From assembly GCF_009914755.1 (NCBI RefSeq), contig NC_060932.1: DNA of 64,000 nt. The stretch is one strand, 5' to 3'. The notes beneath the pieces were generated by a model. That model had not been told where the DNA came from. It searched no databases and saw only the letters and a program-made list of their open reading frames with translations. This DNA comes from the human T2T-CHM13v2.0 reference genome, Homo sapiens. A program made the position numbers and the translations under genes. Positions 63,201 to 64,000 of this stretch are shown piece by piece. Positions within the stretch are counted from its first letter, which is position 1. Each line of letters begins with the position of its first letter.

Positions 63201-64000
63201 GATCATCAAGGCAGAAAACTAACAAAGAAATTCTGGACTTCAATTCAACACTTGACAAATTGAACCTAAAACACATCTACAGAATACTCCACCCAACAAC
63301 CATAGAATATATATTCTTCTCATATGCATATGGAATATGCCCTAAGATTGACCACATGCTCAGTTATAAAGCAAGTTTCAATAAATTTAAAAAAAATAAA
63401 AATCATGCCAAGCATCTGCTCAAATCACAGTGGAATAAAAATAGAAATCAATACCTAAAATAACCCTCAAAACCACACAATTACATGAAAACTAAATAAT
63501 TTGATCCTGAATGACTTTTGTGTAAACAACAATATTAAGAAAGAAATCAAAACATTCTTTGAAACAAATGAAAATAGAGATGAAACATAATAAAACCTCT
63601 GTGAAAAAGTGTTAAGACAAAAGTTCATAGGGCTAAATGGCTACATCAAAAAGAGAGAAATTATCAAAATAATATCCCACCTAAAGGAACTAGAACAAGA
63701 TCAAATTAATTCCAAAGTTAGCCGAAGAAAGAAAATAATTAAAATCAGAGCACAACTAAATTAAATTAATACCCACACAACCATACAAAGATTCAATGAA
63801 ATAAAATGTTTGTTCTTTGAAAGGATAAACAAGATTGACAGACTGCTAGAAAGAGTAACGAATAAAAGGGACAAGGTACAAATTAGCTCAATCAGAAATG
63901 ACAAAGGTGATATTATAACCGATTCCACAGAAATATAAAAGATCCTCAAAGATTACCTTGAACGTCTTCATATATACAAACTAGTAAATCTGGAGGAAAT
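60279..64000 (+). mobile_element. L1PA15/16- or L1PB-like element: 5'UTR, disrupted ORF1 (about 61680-62640) and ORF2 endonuclease region, running off the window
   Basis: ORF 62969-63463 GSIQQEDFTILNIYAPNIGEPRFI...EDFNIPLTALDRSSRQK...KIDHMLS (APE endonuclease); multiple stops and frameshifts. Confidence 0.93.

Noticed and set aside
60279-64000. Potentially active full-length L1 or L1 promoter
   Set aside because: ORF1 and ORF2 are fragmented by stops and frameshifts, and the 5'UTR is CpG-depleted.

Overview
Primate (human-like) AT-rich genomic DNA with no recognisable intact protein-coding gene, no CpG island and no tRNA/rRNA. Most of it is a layered fossil record of transposons: L1 (old L1M, L1PA15/16-like, one tiny young L1PA), L2, MIR, Alu (FLAM, J, S, Y), MaLR/ERVL LTRs (MLT1, MST, THE1, LTR33-like) and DNA transposons (Tigger2a, MER53, MER58, MER63, MER94). 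The only gene-derived sequence is a frameshifted 5' fragment of ESF1 (about 14625-15172). Nearly all listed ORFs are repeat-derived or chance. I found no evidence of a new multi-gene system. The most interesting structures are several apparent L1 trans-mobilised non-canonical inserts (an LTR-polyadenylated transcript end, the ESF1 fragment, an orphan unique-sequence insert in a Tigger2a, a ~50-nt tailed insert), a microhomology-bounded 189-bp tandem duplication, a MER53 carrying a near-miR-1302 sequence, and candidate non-coding exons and regulatory motifs. Subfamily names come from my memory of consensus sequences, not a database search, and old-repeat boundaries are approximate.
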